Shown here in pieces: positions 41,288 through 52,819 of a stretch of 64,000 nucleotides of DNA (position 1 is its first letter; every line of letters starts with the position of its first letter). The DNA is from Psilocybe cubensis (lineage: Eukaryota). Under the pieces are notes generated by a model. It worked only from the letters and a program-made list of their open reading frames with translations. It made no database searches and was not told the origin of the DNA. Where the stretch lies: NCBI GenBank assembly GCA_017499595.2, contig CM038998.1, positions 1,178,001 to 1,242,000 on the forward strand, written 5' to 3'. A program made the position numbers and the translations under genes.

Positions 41288-42940
41288 CTAATCGGCAATG
41301 CGGTAAGTAGCAAAGTCCTTCCGCCAGGCCGAACCAAGGTCCTCATGGCCCATGCAGACGACGGTGGGCTTGCTACCCGAGTCAGGCCCAAATATGCGGT
41401 TCGCGACGCGCTTGATGTCGTTCTGCGTCACTTTGCTGATCTGCTCGGTCATCTCTGTCACTGGGACTTTGCGGTTATGCACGAGCATCTAGGTGCATTA
41501 TCAGTAAAAAAGAACTAACAAAAATATGCAAAGAATGACGAACCTGTCTGCCTAGATCCTCCACCTCGATCGCCCTGCTCTCGAGCGCCATCATCAAACT
41601 CGACGTCAGCTGGTTCTTCGCTCTCTGCAGCTCAACATCGGGCAGTGGCGAATACAACAGCATACTCAACTGGTTCACCAAATGAGGCAAAATCTGCGCA
41701 GGCGTATTACCGCCCGACAGGCCCGACGCCGCGGGGACAAAGGACGCAAACAAACCAAAGAGCGACGAGTCGTTGTAGATGTGGTGGAACGATGCGCAAT
41801 GCTCGATCTGGGTGTAATAGTTGAGGATGTGAGTGTAGAGGCGCGAGTACATGCCCTTGCCCGGGCCGCCCGCGGAGAAGGAGCCGCCGCCGCCAAGCAG
41901 AACTTGCATCGTCGCGAGCGCATACACGTCGTCGTCGTTGATACCCACGCCCTCATAGGCGATGTATAGGTGGTTCAGCTCCTGTGTAGGGTCGTGGATG
42001 AAGCGGTAGCCGCCGGTGTATGTTGACGTGGGCGATTTCGGAATTGCGGTGGAGGTTGAGGTGAGGGACTGCGGGAAGAGGTAGGATGCGGCACGGGTGA
42101 GGGATTTAGCGACCCCGGGGGTGGATGGGCCTAGCAGGTGCGGTGGGACAGGCGCACTGCCGCTAATACGGGACGTCTGTGCTTGAGGTGATGCGGTAGC
42201 GGAGGAAGGCTTGAGGGAGGAGAAGTATTTGTCGACAAGCTCGACGAGCTCTTGGTGGGGCATACCAGCGCCGGCGATGACCATACGCTCGGGGCGGTAC
42301 CATTCTGTTATTGAATGCCGAAGCAGGGCGTCGTTCATGGCCGGGATGCGGTCTTCGGGGCAGAGCAGGGGGTTGCCGAGTCCCTGGTTGTTGTAGGCGA
42401 CGGCGTGAAGGATCTCGGGGAGAATCATCTCGGGCTTTGCGTTGATCTCGCGGATTTCGTATGAGGCTGCATCGCGCTGAGCCTCGAGCTCTTCAGCGCG
42501 AAATGCGGGGTTGAGAACGGTGTCTGCTATGAGGGAGAGGGCGAGAGGTGTGCCCTTGTGTGCGTGCGAGGACTGGTACATGATCGACTCGCGCGAGGAC
42601 GAGCACATTATCTGGCCGCCGAGCGAGTGGATGTCGGACGCCATTTGCTCGTCTGACCTGGTCAGTGTGCTCTATACCGCATATAAGCATCTCCAGAGGT
42701 ATTATATGACACATTGCACACCTTGAACGCCATTCTATCCAAGAAATGGGAGACACCAGAGGTGACGGGAGTCTCATAGCGAGAGCCGGCGTCGACGTAG
42801 AGACCAACGGAGGAGAAGTGGCCTGGGGTGCTCTCTGTGGCGACGCGGATTTTGTTGGGGAGGGTTGTTATCTGGGTCGTTGGGGGCGGCGATGCATGGC
42901 TGAGTGAGCGACGCACGGTCTGCGTAAGCCCCTTCCTCAT
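41288..42940 (-). CDS. MAS2: Mitochondrial processing peptidase alpha subunit
   Basis: ITTLPNKIRVATE, GVSHFLDRMAFK, Gly-rich loop LLGGGGSFSAGGPGKGMYSRLY, LESRAIEVEDLGRQ; two introns. Confidence 0.97.
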
Positions 42941-43045
42941 AGTATCTGGCCAAAGAACCTCTCCTCCGCCACAGGAAAACTACAAGCTCACGTGACTCGC
43001 TGACATCACCGTCTGTCTATTTTGGGATGTTCTTCCGTCCACACC

Positions 43046-45335
43046 ATGCCCAAGGGCATCACTCAGGTATGCTCTCTCATTTTGTTAGCCTATCAGCTCA
43101 CCTCTGCAATAGATACTGCCTCGATCACACAGTCTCAAGCGATGGATATTGGCTGTTTCTGTTGCCCTCGTCTTTATTCACGTCCTTGGTCGATCGAGGG
43201 AAGAGGACCACTTTCCAGACCTATACGACGCATCAATCCCTGAGTTGCAAGATGGGTTGGACGCAGGTCATTTTTCCAGTGTAGACTTGGTCAATGTGAG
43301 TTATTTAATGTTAGAAATATCAAGGTTACTAACACTTTCAGGCTTATTTTGCGCGCATAGAAGAAGTTAATCTCAAAGGGCCTACTCTCCGTGCGGTCCT
43401 CGAGACAAACCCGTCTGCGTTGGAGCAAGCAGCAGCTCTAGACGAGGAGAGGAGAAAGACAGGAAAGAGGTCATTGATGCATGGCATCCCTATTCTGCTC
43501 AAGGTATGCCCGTCGAGCCTGTGGAATACAACGTGGAATAATGTATGGTTCAGGATACAATTGCTACTCTTGCCTCAGAAGGTCAGTTTAAATGTAGTAA
43601 CCTATATTTCACTCTGACCGGCAATTGTCAGGCATGAACACGACTGCAGGATCCTACGCGCTCCTTGGATCCATTGTCCCAGATGATGCGGAAGTCGTCA
43701 AGCGCCTACGCAAAGCCGGAGCCATCATCCTCGGTACAACCACCTCTCATCCCACCAAATACCTACCATCTAACCCTCCTGCTTTCTTGCTTTAGGAAAA
43801 ACCAACCTCTCAGAGTTTTCGCATGCTAGGGGTGCTCTCGCACTCGGCTGGTCCGGCCGCGGCGGCCAGTCAGTCAGCGCGTTCTACCCCAACGGCGACC
43901 CTTGCGGCTCGTCGTCTGGCTCCGCTATTGCTGTCTCCATTGGCCTCTCTGCAGCAGCGCTCGGCACAGAGACAGACGGGAGTATCGCCTGCCCTGCGAG
44001 TAACAATAACATTGTGGGTCTGAAACCGACAGTGGGGCTTATTTCGGGTGCGGGAGGTTTGTATTCGCTATCTTTTATAATCTTCCAGAATTAGGCGTCA
44101 CTCACTTAATGCAACGTATCTTGTATATTTCGTTTCTCCAGTTATCCCAATTTCTTCTACACAAGACAGTGTCGGCCCAATGACACGCACCGTCGCTGAT
44201 TCCGCCATCCTTCTCTCTCTTGCAGAGCCCTCTTCCTCCGCGTCCAACTACACTCGCGCGCTTTCCCCCTCCTTCCTGAGCGGCAAACGCATTGGTATCC
44301 CCCGCCGAGTCTTCATGGACCCAGCGATCAGCGGCGTCGATGCATACGTGTATGAGCGATTTGCATGGGCGCTGCGTGTGATGGAAAAGTTGGGCGCGGT
44401 GCTAGTGGACCCGGCGGACCTGCCAGACGCAGACGAAATACTAGTTGCGCATGGGAACGAGACGCTGGTGTGTGATACAGATTTGAAGGTGCGCTCTACA
44501 CGCGTCTGGCTGTGTATTTTCGGGCGTCTTAATTTGCGTGGTGTTTGGGACGTGTATAGATCGAACTGAACGCGTATTTGGAGGCGTTGGAAGCGAACCC
44601 GTCGGGTGTGCGTAGTCTTGCGGACCTCATCGCGTTTAACAACGCGCACCCCGAGCTCGAGAAGCCGCTTGGTTACGGATCGCAGAGCGAGTAAGTCTCG
44701 TTCTCTCTCTTTTTCTTCCTTTTCATTCATTTCCAAACTTTTCAATAGTCTTATCAGAGCACAAGCAACCACGGGCAGGAACGCGGCGTACTACGAGGCG
44801 CTGGCGCTGAACCGGGAGCTGGGCGCAACGCGTGGAATTGATGGTGCACTCAAGGCGTATAACCTCGACGCGCTGGTGCTGCCTGCTCCGGGATTTGTGT
44901 TTCCTGCGCCGGGGTTCGTCACTGGGCCACCAGGTTAGCTTCTGCCTCCTCCTCCTTGATTTTTTTCTGTTCTGTATGCGCCAATTTATTACACTGACGT
45001 CCTTCCTTATACTTTATTCGCGTCATCTAGCTATCGCAGGCTACCCAATTCTGACCCTCCCGCTCGGCTTCTACCCAGCACACACCCGCCCACGCGCGAC
45101 GGGCCCACGGACGGTGTATCCTGCCCCCGGTATGCCGTTTGGTATAAGCTTCTGGGGGACAAAAGGGAGCGAAGACGTGTTGCTTGGGATCGGGTATGCG
45201 TTTGAGCGTGCGACGAGGGTAAGGGAGGGTGGGAGAGGGAGTATCACTCCGGTGGTGCAGCTGCGACATGTTGTTGGGAGGAAGGTGCGAGTGCGGTGGT
45301 GGGATTGGAGGGGTGGGTTGGGGTGGGTTAGGTAG
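43046..45335 (+). CDS. Amidase-signature family enzyme with N-terminal hydrophobic segment, multi-exon
   Basis: [58 protein letters not shown]; Lys and both Ser catalytic positions present. Confidence 0.92.
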
Positions 45336-45468
45336 GTAGGATAGATGGATTTTTGATTGGATGGGTTTGTTAGGTGCGTGTGTAAAGTAAGATTTGTACA
45401 TGTATAATATTGTTACAGTTAACTGATCGAGTGTATCTGCTCGATCTGTAGTTCAGACGGAGTGGTCG

Positions 45469-45813
45469 CTAAATGTTGCCGTTCCGTAAATCAAGGACGG
45501 CTTGTTCTATATCTCGTCGTAACAGTTCCTCCCGTGAAAGCCCTCTCGCTAACTCTTCAGCCTCATACGAATCCCAAAATTCTGCCCATGAAAGTGATGT
45601 GTTAGGAGATGATGGGGGACTTTGAGTGGTTGATTTGTCCTCCGGAGACTGCGTGGGCGCTGTCGCTGATTCTTCGGCATCGTGGTCGGTGTATGTCGCG
45701 TTCGAGTTGGATCCAGCAGCATGATGATCGGCAGACCTTGATTTGAGCGCGTGCTCGGCGGCCATGGCATTGCATATAGCAATCAACCCACGAAGCTCCT
45801 CGGGCCACCGCAT
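45469..45813 (-). CDS. Hypothetical protein or gene fragment
   Basis: 114-aa ATG-initiated ORF with a helical acidic C-terminus (WAEFWDSYEAEEL...); no family recognised; may belong with the upstream 45960-46190 ORF. Confidence 0.3.
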   Translation of the reverse strand: MRWPEELRGLIAICNAMAAEHALKSRSADHHAAGSNSNATYTDHDAEESATAPTQSPEDKSTTQSPPSSPNTSLSWAEFWDSYEAEELARGLSREELLRRDIEQAVLDLRNGNI

Positions 45814-47157
45814 AACGTCGTACGCAGCATTACCAGAATGAGAATTTGCAGGCGTGCCCCCCCCCCCCCCCAGATGTATGCGCGTCCCGCCGCGCTGCTG
45901 GAGGAGGAGGAGAGGGAGAGGGAGGGGACAAGGGGGTGTCGTATACTTTCACGTTGTCTCTATGTTCCTAGTGGCTTCGTGTTCTTTGCAGTGGTAAGCT
46001 TCGCGCGGTTTTGTGTCGCGGCAGGGTTTGCAGAAGTAGAGCTTGCGACCGGAGTAACCGAAGGGGTCTGGTGCGGCGCGTTGGCACTTGAAGTCTGTGT
46101 GGGTGTTTTTGTTACAATGGTGTTTTTTTTTTTGCTTGGGATGTATATTGTAAACTCACATTTTCGGTTTGGTCTGTAAGGATTGGACATGTCTTTGTCT
46201 TTTTCAAGTTGAGGATCAGAAATTATAGAGGTTTGAGAGATCTTGGTGTTGGATGAGCGCTGGGTGGTTGATTCCAGGCGATTGCGTTGGGTAAAAAAAA
46301 GACGAGCATGGCTGGTCTTAAATATCACGAAGACTTTGGTGTTCTCAATTTTTTTTGAGATTTTGGATGTGTCCACCACAAGTCGAAGACTCAAACCTCC
46401 ACATCCAGTGAGGGTCACGGTTTCCATGAGATTAAGCGTAATTGGTTTTTGACGCACGAGCTATTTTTGGATGCGGAATTTGAGGCAGCGATCCGCAATA
46501 CAAGAACCGCTTTTCTTCCTTCTTCTCTCCTACGACTTTTTTTTGCACGATGAATGGCTTCTGATGTATACGCGTTCCAGTATTATATCCTAGCCATACT
46601 TACGAGTCCGAACGACTATCCCAAGTCCCACAAAATTTGCAGTTCTTTCCGAGTGCATAACGATCCGGTCCGAATCGGACACACCCAGCGGCCTAAACCG
46701 TCTTGCACGCGCAGAACCCGGGGTCCCACTACCTAAAGAAGCCTCATAGTTGCCTTATTGGTCTACCTGGGCGATCGTCCATCACCATCATGCATCACTG
46801 GTAAGTTGTGGTTTGTCAGCAACGACATCATCATCCACATCGTCATCATCATTTGAACCTCTTTTGAGTGAGCGGCAAGCCTGTGATTTTTCCCGTCTCT
46901 CCTCTGCCTCTTCTGACGTTTGGTTGCTCGCTCCTTCTCTGTTGTCGCCCGCTCGAGCAGCTGAACTGCCCGCCTAGGACTAGATACCCTAGTTTAATTG
47001 GTTTTGCTGTCTATACGTCTCGGCGGGGTTGAGTCTTGAGCTTGAATACTGCTTGGAACCTCGTCCGGCGTCTATACTTGGTTTATACCCAACCACACCG
47101 CATATACACCTTACATCGCCGTTTACACTTCGAGCATCGAACCTAGTCTTGCAAACA

Positions 47158-48336
47158 ATGCTGAACCTGACGACGGTAGCGCCCCTCCTGCAGAAGACGG
47201 GCGTGTACGGGCCTGTCACCGCCACACTTGACTGGTGCGAGGTGCGTGTTTTCTCTTGATAAAAAAATACGTAAAAATCGAACACGAACGTTAACATTTA
47301 ACAGCTCAACCACCAGTTCTCGCCGTATATCGCGGAAATGGCGAACACGTTCTCGAACTTGTTTACAGTGGGCATCGCGTTGTTGGGCTATGTCCAGGCG
47401 GCACGCGAGAAGCTGCCCGTGAGGTATAAACTTGGGTATGCGGTGCGTTTCAAATCCTTGTTTTGCACACCGAGCTTAGATGTACTGAACTGGGCTGTTG
47501 AACTTGGATAGGGCGTTGGGCTCGTAGGCATCGGCTCTTTCCTCTTCCATGCAACGCTCCTCTTCTCAGCGCAGCTTGCGGACGAGCTGCCTATGATTTA
47601 TGTTGGCTCGATGAGTCTGTTTTTGCTGTTCGATAGTAAACCGGGCTTCGGACTCGCGAATGCGCGGTCGCAGGGGCTGATAGCAGCGTTAGTCGTATTT
47701 GACGCCGTGTTCACGTTAAGCTAGTGCGTCTCTCACCTCCTCATTCCCTACATCAAAATCTGACAAGGCGCGGGAGCGGGATAGCATGCTATACCGAAAC
47801 CCAGTCTACCACCAACTCGTCTTCGCCACGCTCGTGATCAGCACGACACTGCGGATCACGTATATCCTGCAATACACATCCGCGGCGACGCGCATCCCGC
47901 CGAAGAAGAAGAGCGCGATTGGACACATTTTTAGTACGGGCGCGGGGCTCTTTGCGTTTGGTTTCTTTTTGTGGAATTTGGATAATATATTTTGTGGGCG
48001 GTTGACGGTGTGGAAGGTGGGTGTGGGCTGGCCGGGCGCGTTTTTGCTTGAGGGGCATTCGTGGTGGCATGTGTTGACGGGCTTGGGGTCGTATTATATG
48101 TTTATTGGGATTCAGTGTACGTGTTTGCGTTTTCTTTTTGTCGGTTTGAGGTTAGCTGACGCGTCTTTTTTTGGGTTTAGTTGTGTAAGTTTTTCATATT
48201 GGACGCGTGGTTTGTGGATGACTGATATTGGTATAGAACATTGTGCACGAAGGACGACCCGAAGAATTATCAGGTGCAGTACCGGTATGGGCTACCTCAC
48301 ATTGTACGAGAAGGCGGGAGTGTAAAGGCCGAGTAG
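47158..48336 (+). CDS. Alkaline (phyto)ceramidase, Ypc1/Ydc1/ACER family, multi-exon
   Basis: GPVTATLDWCE, IAEMANTFSN, GIGSFLFHATL, ADELPMIY, WNLDNIFC, EGHSWWHVLTG. Confidence 0.93.
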
Positions 48337-48530
48337 AGTGGACTGTAATCTCCAAAGAAGACGAATCAAAGCACAGACTAATTGTTGTATTTCGTAGAGC
48401 GGTGATGGATTGATTATAAAATGTACTAGCGACAAAGCATCTAATGAGTAATTTTGTGCGGGGACAGCGATTATATGGCATAGCATAAGTAGCGTAGTTA
48501 GATATGAATGAGCGTGAGGATAGAATAAAA

Positions 48531-49556
48531 TTACTGCTCGGGCAGCGGCTCGCCCACGGTCCACTTGGTGAAATCTAGCACGTCGACGACGCGCGGCGCG
48601 TCCTCGCTGGCCTCGAGCCCTTGTGCCGCAGCCCACTCTGCGAGAGCCTCGCCGACGGGTTTGCCGTTGAGCTCGCCTTGGATGGTGATAAATGGCTGAT
48701 TGAGCAGCGCCTGCTCCGGGTTATCCAAAGATTCATTGTGCTCTACCGCACGCGTGTCGAACGCGACGAGCTGGCGGGCAATGGAGCGCTCGAGGGCGCC
48801 GAGGGATTGGGTGAACGCGGGGTCGGTCCAGCGTTGTGGGAGAGACGGAGAGGAGATGCGCAGGCGCGCGAGAACGCTTGTCGGGCCGCATGGGAGGGAG
48901 TGTAAGGGGGAGTGGGTGTAGGATGCGAGGCGGAGGGCGGAGGTACGGAGGAGCTGGTCCTGCGCGACGGTGTGCGCGCGGCGCAGGGTGATGTTCTCGC
49001 CGACTTTGACGATGGTGGCGCGGATTGCGGCTGCGACTGTGTCTCCGGGCGCATGGAGCTGCTGTTCCCCTGCCCCGGCGCTGGTGCTGGTGCTGGGGCT
49101 TGGTACGAGTGGAAGCTCAGCGAGCGCGGCGGGGGACGGGGGCGGTGCGCCGGGCTCAGCGAGGAAGGCGGCTGTATGCGCGATATCCGCAGCGAGCCGC
49201 GCAAAGAGGGCGTTACGCGCCACAAAGTCCGTTTCGCAGTTAAGCTCGACGAGGGCGGCGCGGATGCCGCCGAGTGTCGGGTGCGGGGTGCCCTTGAGCG
49301 CGGAGCTGGGGGAGAGGAGGCTCTGTGCGATGAGGCCTTGGTTTGTTGCGCGGGACGAGACTTTCGCGGCTTTGGCGGCGCCGGTGGATGAGAGGTCGTG
49401 TTGGAGCCATTCGAGGGCGCGCGGGACGGAGAGGTTGGAGGCGGCGAGGGCTTCCCGGGCTTTGGGGAGGCTTACGGTCGTTTGCCGGCGTAGCTCGGCG
49501 ATGAGGCTAATAGGCACTTTGCTCGCTGTGCTGTAGAGCCGCCGTGTGAGTGTCAT
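48531..49556 (-). CDS. TSF1: Mitochondrial elongation factor Ts, intronless
   Basis: Arg/Ser-rich presequence, LIAELRRQT..LPKAREAL, VELNCETDFVARN, KVGENITLRRA. Confidence 0.9.
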   Translation of the reverse strand: MTLTRRLYSTASKVPISLIAELRRQTTVSLPKAREALAASNLSVPRALEWLQHDLSSTGAAKAAKVSSRATNQGLIAQSLLSPSSALKGTPHPTLGGIRAALVELNCETDFVARNALFARLAADIAHTAAFLAEPGAPPPSPAALAELPLVPSPSTSTSAGAGEQQLHAPGDTVAAAIRATIVKVGENITLRRAHTVAQDQLLRTSALRLASYTHSPLHSLPCGPTSVLARLRISSPSLPQRWTDPAFTQSLGALERSIARQLVAFDTRAVEHNESLDNPEQALLNQPFITIQGELNGKPVGEALAEWAAAQGLEASEDAPRVVDVLDFTKWTVGEPLPEQ

Positions 49557-49697
49557 CGTTGGCGGTTGGGTTGGGTGGACAACTTGGAAGAGGATTGAAT
49601 CCTGATTGGGTTACCCTCTCGCGCGTGGAAATTTTTTGCCGCGGTTATTTTTTCAGGGGCTTTTTTGGGCTTTTGCTTTGAACGTTCATCGACATCT

Positions 49698-51933
49698 ATG
49701 GCAGAGTTCAAAGTCCCAGAAAGCATCCCACAGGACTTGCTCCTCATTCAAGAATATGTCAGCGTCCCCGCTCCGCCTTCTCCCAAACCAAAAACCCAGC
49801 AACCCGCGAAGAGCATATCGGACCAAGACATAAGCAGCAGCAGCGACGACGACGACGACGATGATATCGCGAGCGAAGAAGAGATCGCGGCGGACCTTAT
49901 TACGGGCGCGGCTACGGACGAAGACGACTTTGTCAAGGTCCCGTCAATGTACGCTGCTTGACCCACCTACGCATCCATTTTTTTCTGTTCTTACAGACAC
50001 TTTCTAGTGCAGAGCCTACAGCGTCTACCTCTGAATCGGACCAGGACTCGGATTCATCCAGCTCTGATTCTTCTGACGACGAAGAGGAGGAGGATGCAAA
50101 GAAGACAAGCGGGAAAGACGGTCTGGACGCCGACCTGGTTGAAGACATCGACGACGACGAGGGCGGGGCCGTACCCGGCACATCCTCCACCACGTACTTC
50201 CAGACCAAACACGAGATTGCAGAGGCGGAGATTACCATCCCTGACGTGGACGAGGTCGGGCCTGACGAGGTGCTCGAGAAAGTGGGCGAGGTGATGAACA
50301 CGCTGGATAAAGTCGCGATTGTGCGCGGGCTGCCGTCGGAGCAGCTTAACCGCGCCTCGGAGCGCGCGTTGGACTCGGACACGTTGTTGGTGTTTGAAGA
50401 TCGTAAAGTCATGGGCTATGTACGTCGTCTCTCTTTCATTCTTTTCTTGCATTCGCGTGTTTTTCTTTTGTGTTGCTACTACATACATTTTAAAATCTCA
50501 CACACAATTAGTGCAGATCTACGAGACGTTCGGGCCTACGACGCAGCCGCTCTACCAAGTCCGATTCGACCCTACCAAATTCCCCTTGGACCCCGCGCGC
50601 GTGCGCCCCGGTCGAGAGGTGTTCCACGTTCCCGCACGCAGCCGCTTTGTCTTTGTTAGCCAGATAAAAGCGATCAAAGGCAGCGACGCGTCGAATGTAC
50701 ACGACGAAGAGCCCGCGGAGGACGAAGTGGAGTTTTCGGACGATGAGATGGAAGCTGCGTTTAGAAGCCGGATGAAGAGAAAGTGGGTTTTTCTTCTTTC
50801 TCTGTATATTTTTTGTGGATACCATTGAATGTGTTTGTAGACGCGGTGAATCGCGCGCGAACTCGGTCGCTGCGTCCTCGAGACAGTCGACGCCCAACCC
50901 CACGCTCATGCGCGACCAAGATCTGGCCGCGTCGTCCTCATTTGGATTTGCAGCTGCAGCGGACGAAGCGGCGTTTCTGAGCCGTAACGCGTATGACGAG
51001 CATGGGCCGTACGATGTGGATTATAGTGAAGTTGCGTCGGGGTCGAGGTCGGCGGCGGCTGATGCGTATGGTGTGCCGGGGAGACCGCCGCCGATACCGT
51101 ATGATGATCCGTATGGGGAGGAGTATACTGCGCCGGATTTGGTGGAGAGGGAGAGGGAGGCTAGTGCGGGAGGAGGAGCGGTGGGGACGGGGGGATATAG
51201 GTCAGATGAGAAGGCGAGAAGCGCGTACACGGATGAGAAGGCATGGACTACGAGGGGCGCATACCAGGGTCAGAGTCAGAGCCAGAATCAAGGGCGGGGT
51301 AGGGATGGTAGAGAGCGTGGAAGAGGAAGAGGACGGGACAGGGACAGGGACAGGGAGCGTGGGGGACAGAGGGGGCGGGGGCGAGGCCAGAACCACAATT
51401 ACAGTCAGAACGGCAGCCAGGGACAGGGACAAAGGCACGCGCAGGGACAAGGCGCGTATGCCGACCAGCAACAGTATCGGACAATGGCGTCATGGCAAGG
51501 CCAGGGGCAATCCCATAACCAGGAATATGGCCACACAGGAGGCGGGGAATATGGATATGGGAGGGCGTACGCGCCTTCTTCCGAGTGGGCGTATGGGGTC
51601 GGCGCGCAGGATCAGCAGCAGATGATGTATATGCTGCAACAGCAGCAGCAGGGGTACAATCCTGCGTTTAATGCTGCGTTTGGCATGGGGATGGGTGGCG
51701 GCTTTGGTTATGCAGGAGCGAGTGCGGGGTATCACGCGCAAGGACAGGGGTATGCTGCCGGGTACGCGACTAGCGGTGGCTCGGGCGGAGGGGGGAGTGC
51801 AGCGGCAGCCATTCCTGGTTTAGGTGCTGGCTTTGTCCAACCACATATCAACCCCCGCTTTGCATCTGCGTTTGGACTAGGGATGTCTGGTGGCGAGCGC
51901 ATGAATGAGGGATCTGGTAACAAAGAATCGTGA
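49698..51933 (+). CDS. NAF1: H/ACA RNP assembly factor Naf1 (acidic N-terminus, Gar1/Naf1 domain, RG/Q-rich tail)
   Basis: IYETFGPTTQPLYQVRF, KGSDASNVHDEEP..EVEFSDDEME; three introns. Confidence 0.92.
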
Positions 51934-52819
51934 AAATGTACAAGAAAAGTATTCTTATAGTATCTATGTATGTTAATGAGGCTAGACGCCCATCCATCTA
52001 ATTTGAGATGGTTCTATAAATATTAGACAGAGAGTGTTGCAGAGGTCTCTACGCGACTGTTGGCCTCGTCTATGACGTATCTGAGATGCTTGTTGTCAGG
52101 AGGTGCTGCCCGCCAAGCCATGCCCACCCGACCCCGACACACGACCAATCACTTCCTTTTCTCACGCCTCCTCACTCCCCTGTCTCTCTCCTCGTATACC
52201 CTGCTCTTCATCCGTATCGTGCGACTTGGTCTCATGCACTAGTAGCTGCCCCAGCAACATCCCATTACCTGCGACACAGCCGCGGTAATGCTACTACTTC
52301 AACCAAACATCTCTGTAGAAACGCGCGGCCGTGCGCAATTTGTTATATATTGAGCCCGCATTTCTATCTCGTTTGTATTTTTTTTACTTTGCAAATTACA
52401 ATTTGATCAGAAGCTGATTTGCTTTGCTCTGTGCAAATGGAAAGGTGCTAAGTATTGTTATGCGGCTTAAGCTTTCCATTGGGGGGGACTGATTTCAACT
52501 CGTTTTTTTTTCTTCTTTTATTTGTGTGTTTTACGACTGACGCTCTTTTCCCCCCGCTCTCTTACACTCTCTTAACGTTTCTTTTTGGACGTGTTCCGTT
52601 CCATTCCTTTGCTTGACCGCTGTGCGGGTCGCTATTTTGTTTCTATTTCTTCTTCGTTTTTCTTTTCATCCCATTATTTCATGTAAAGCTGGTCCCCTGT
52701 CTTCCAAGCTCAACGAATCTACTCTGTAAATCCCACATTCCCTCAGAAGCAACTAAAAACAAGCAAGGACCAACGATTTTCTTCATCTCCTCGTTTCATC
52801 AAAATAAAAACTTTCATAT

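Noticed and set aside
43046-48336. Amidase plus ceramidase as a lipid-amide or secondary metabolite cluster
   Set aside because: No backbone enzyme, transporter or regulator nearby; substrate of the amidase is unknown.
51290-51460. GGGACA and RG/Q repeats
   Set aside because: Coding low-complexity tail of Naf1, expected for an RNA-binding factor.
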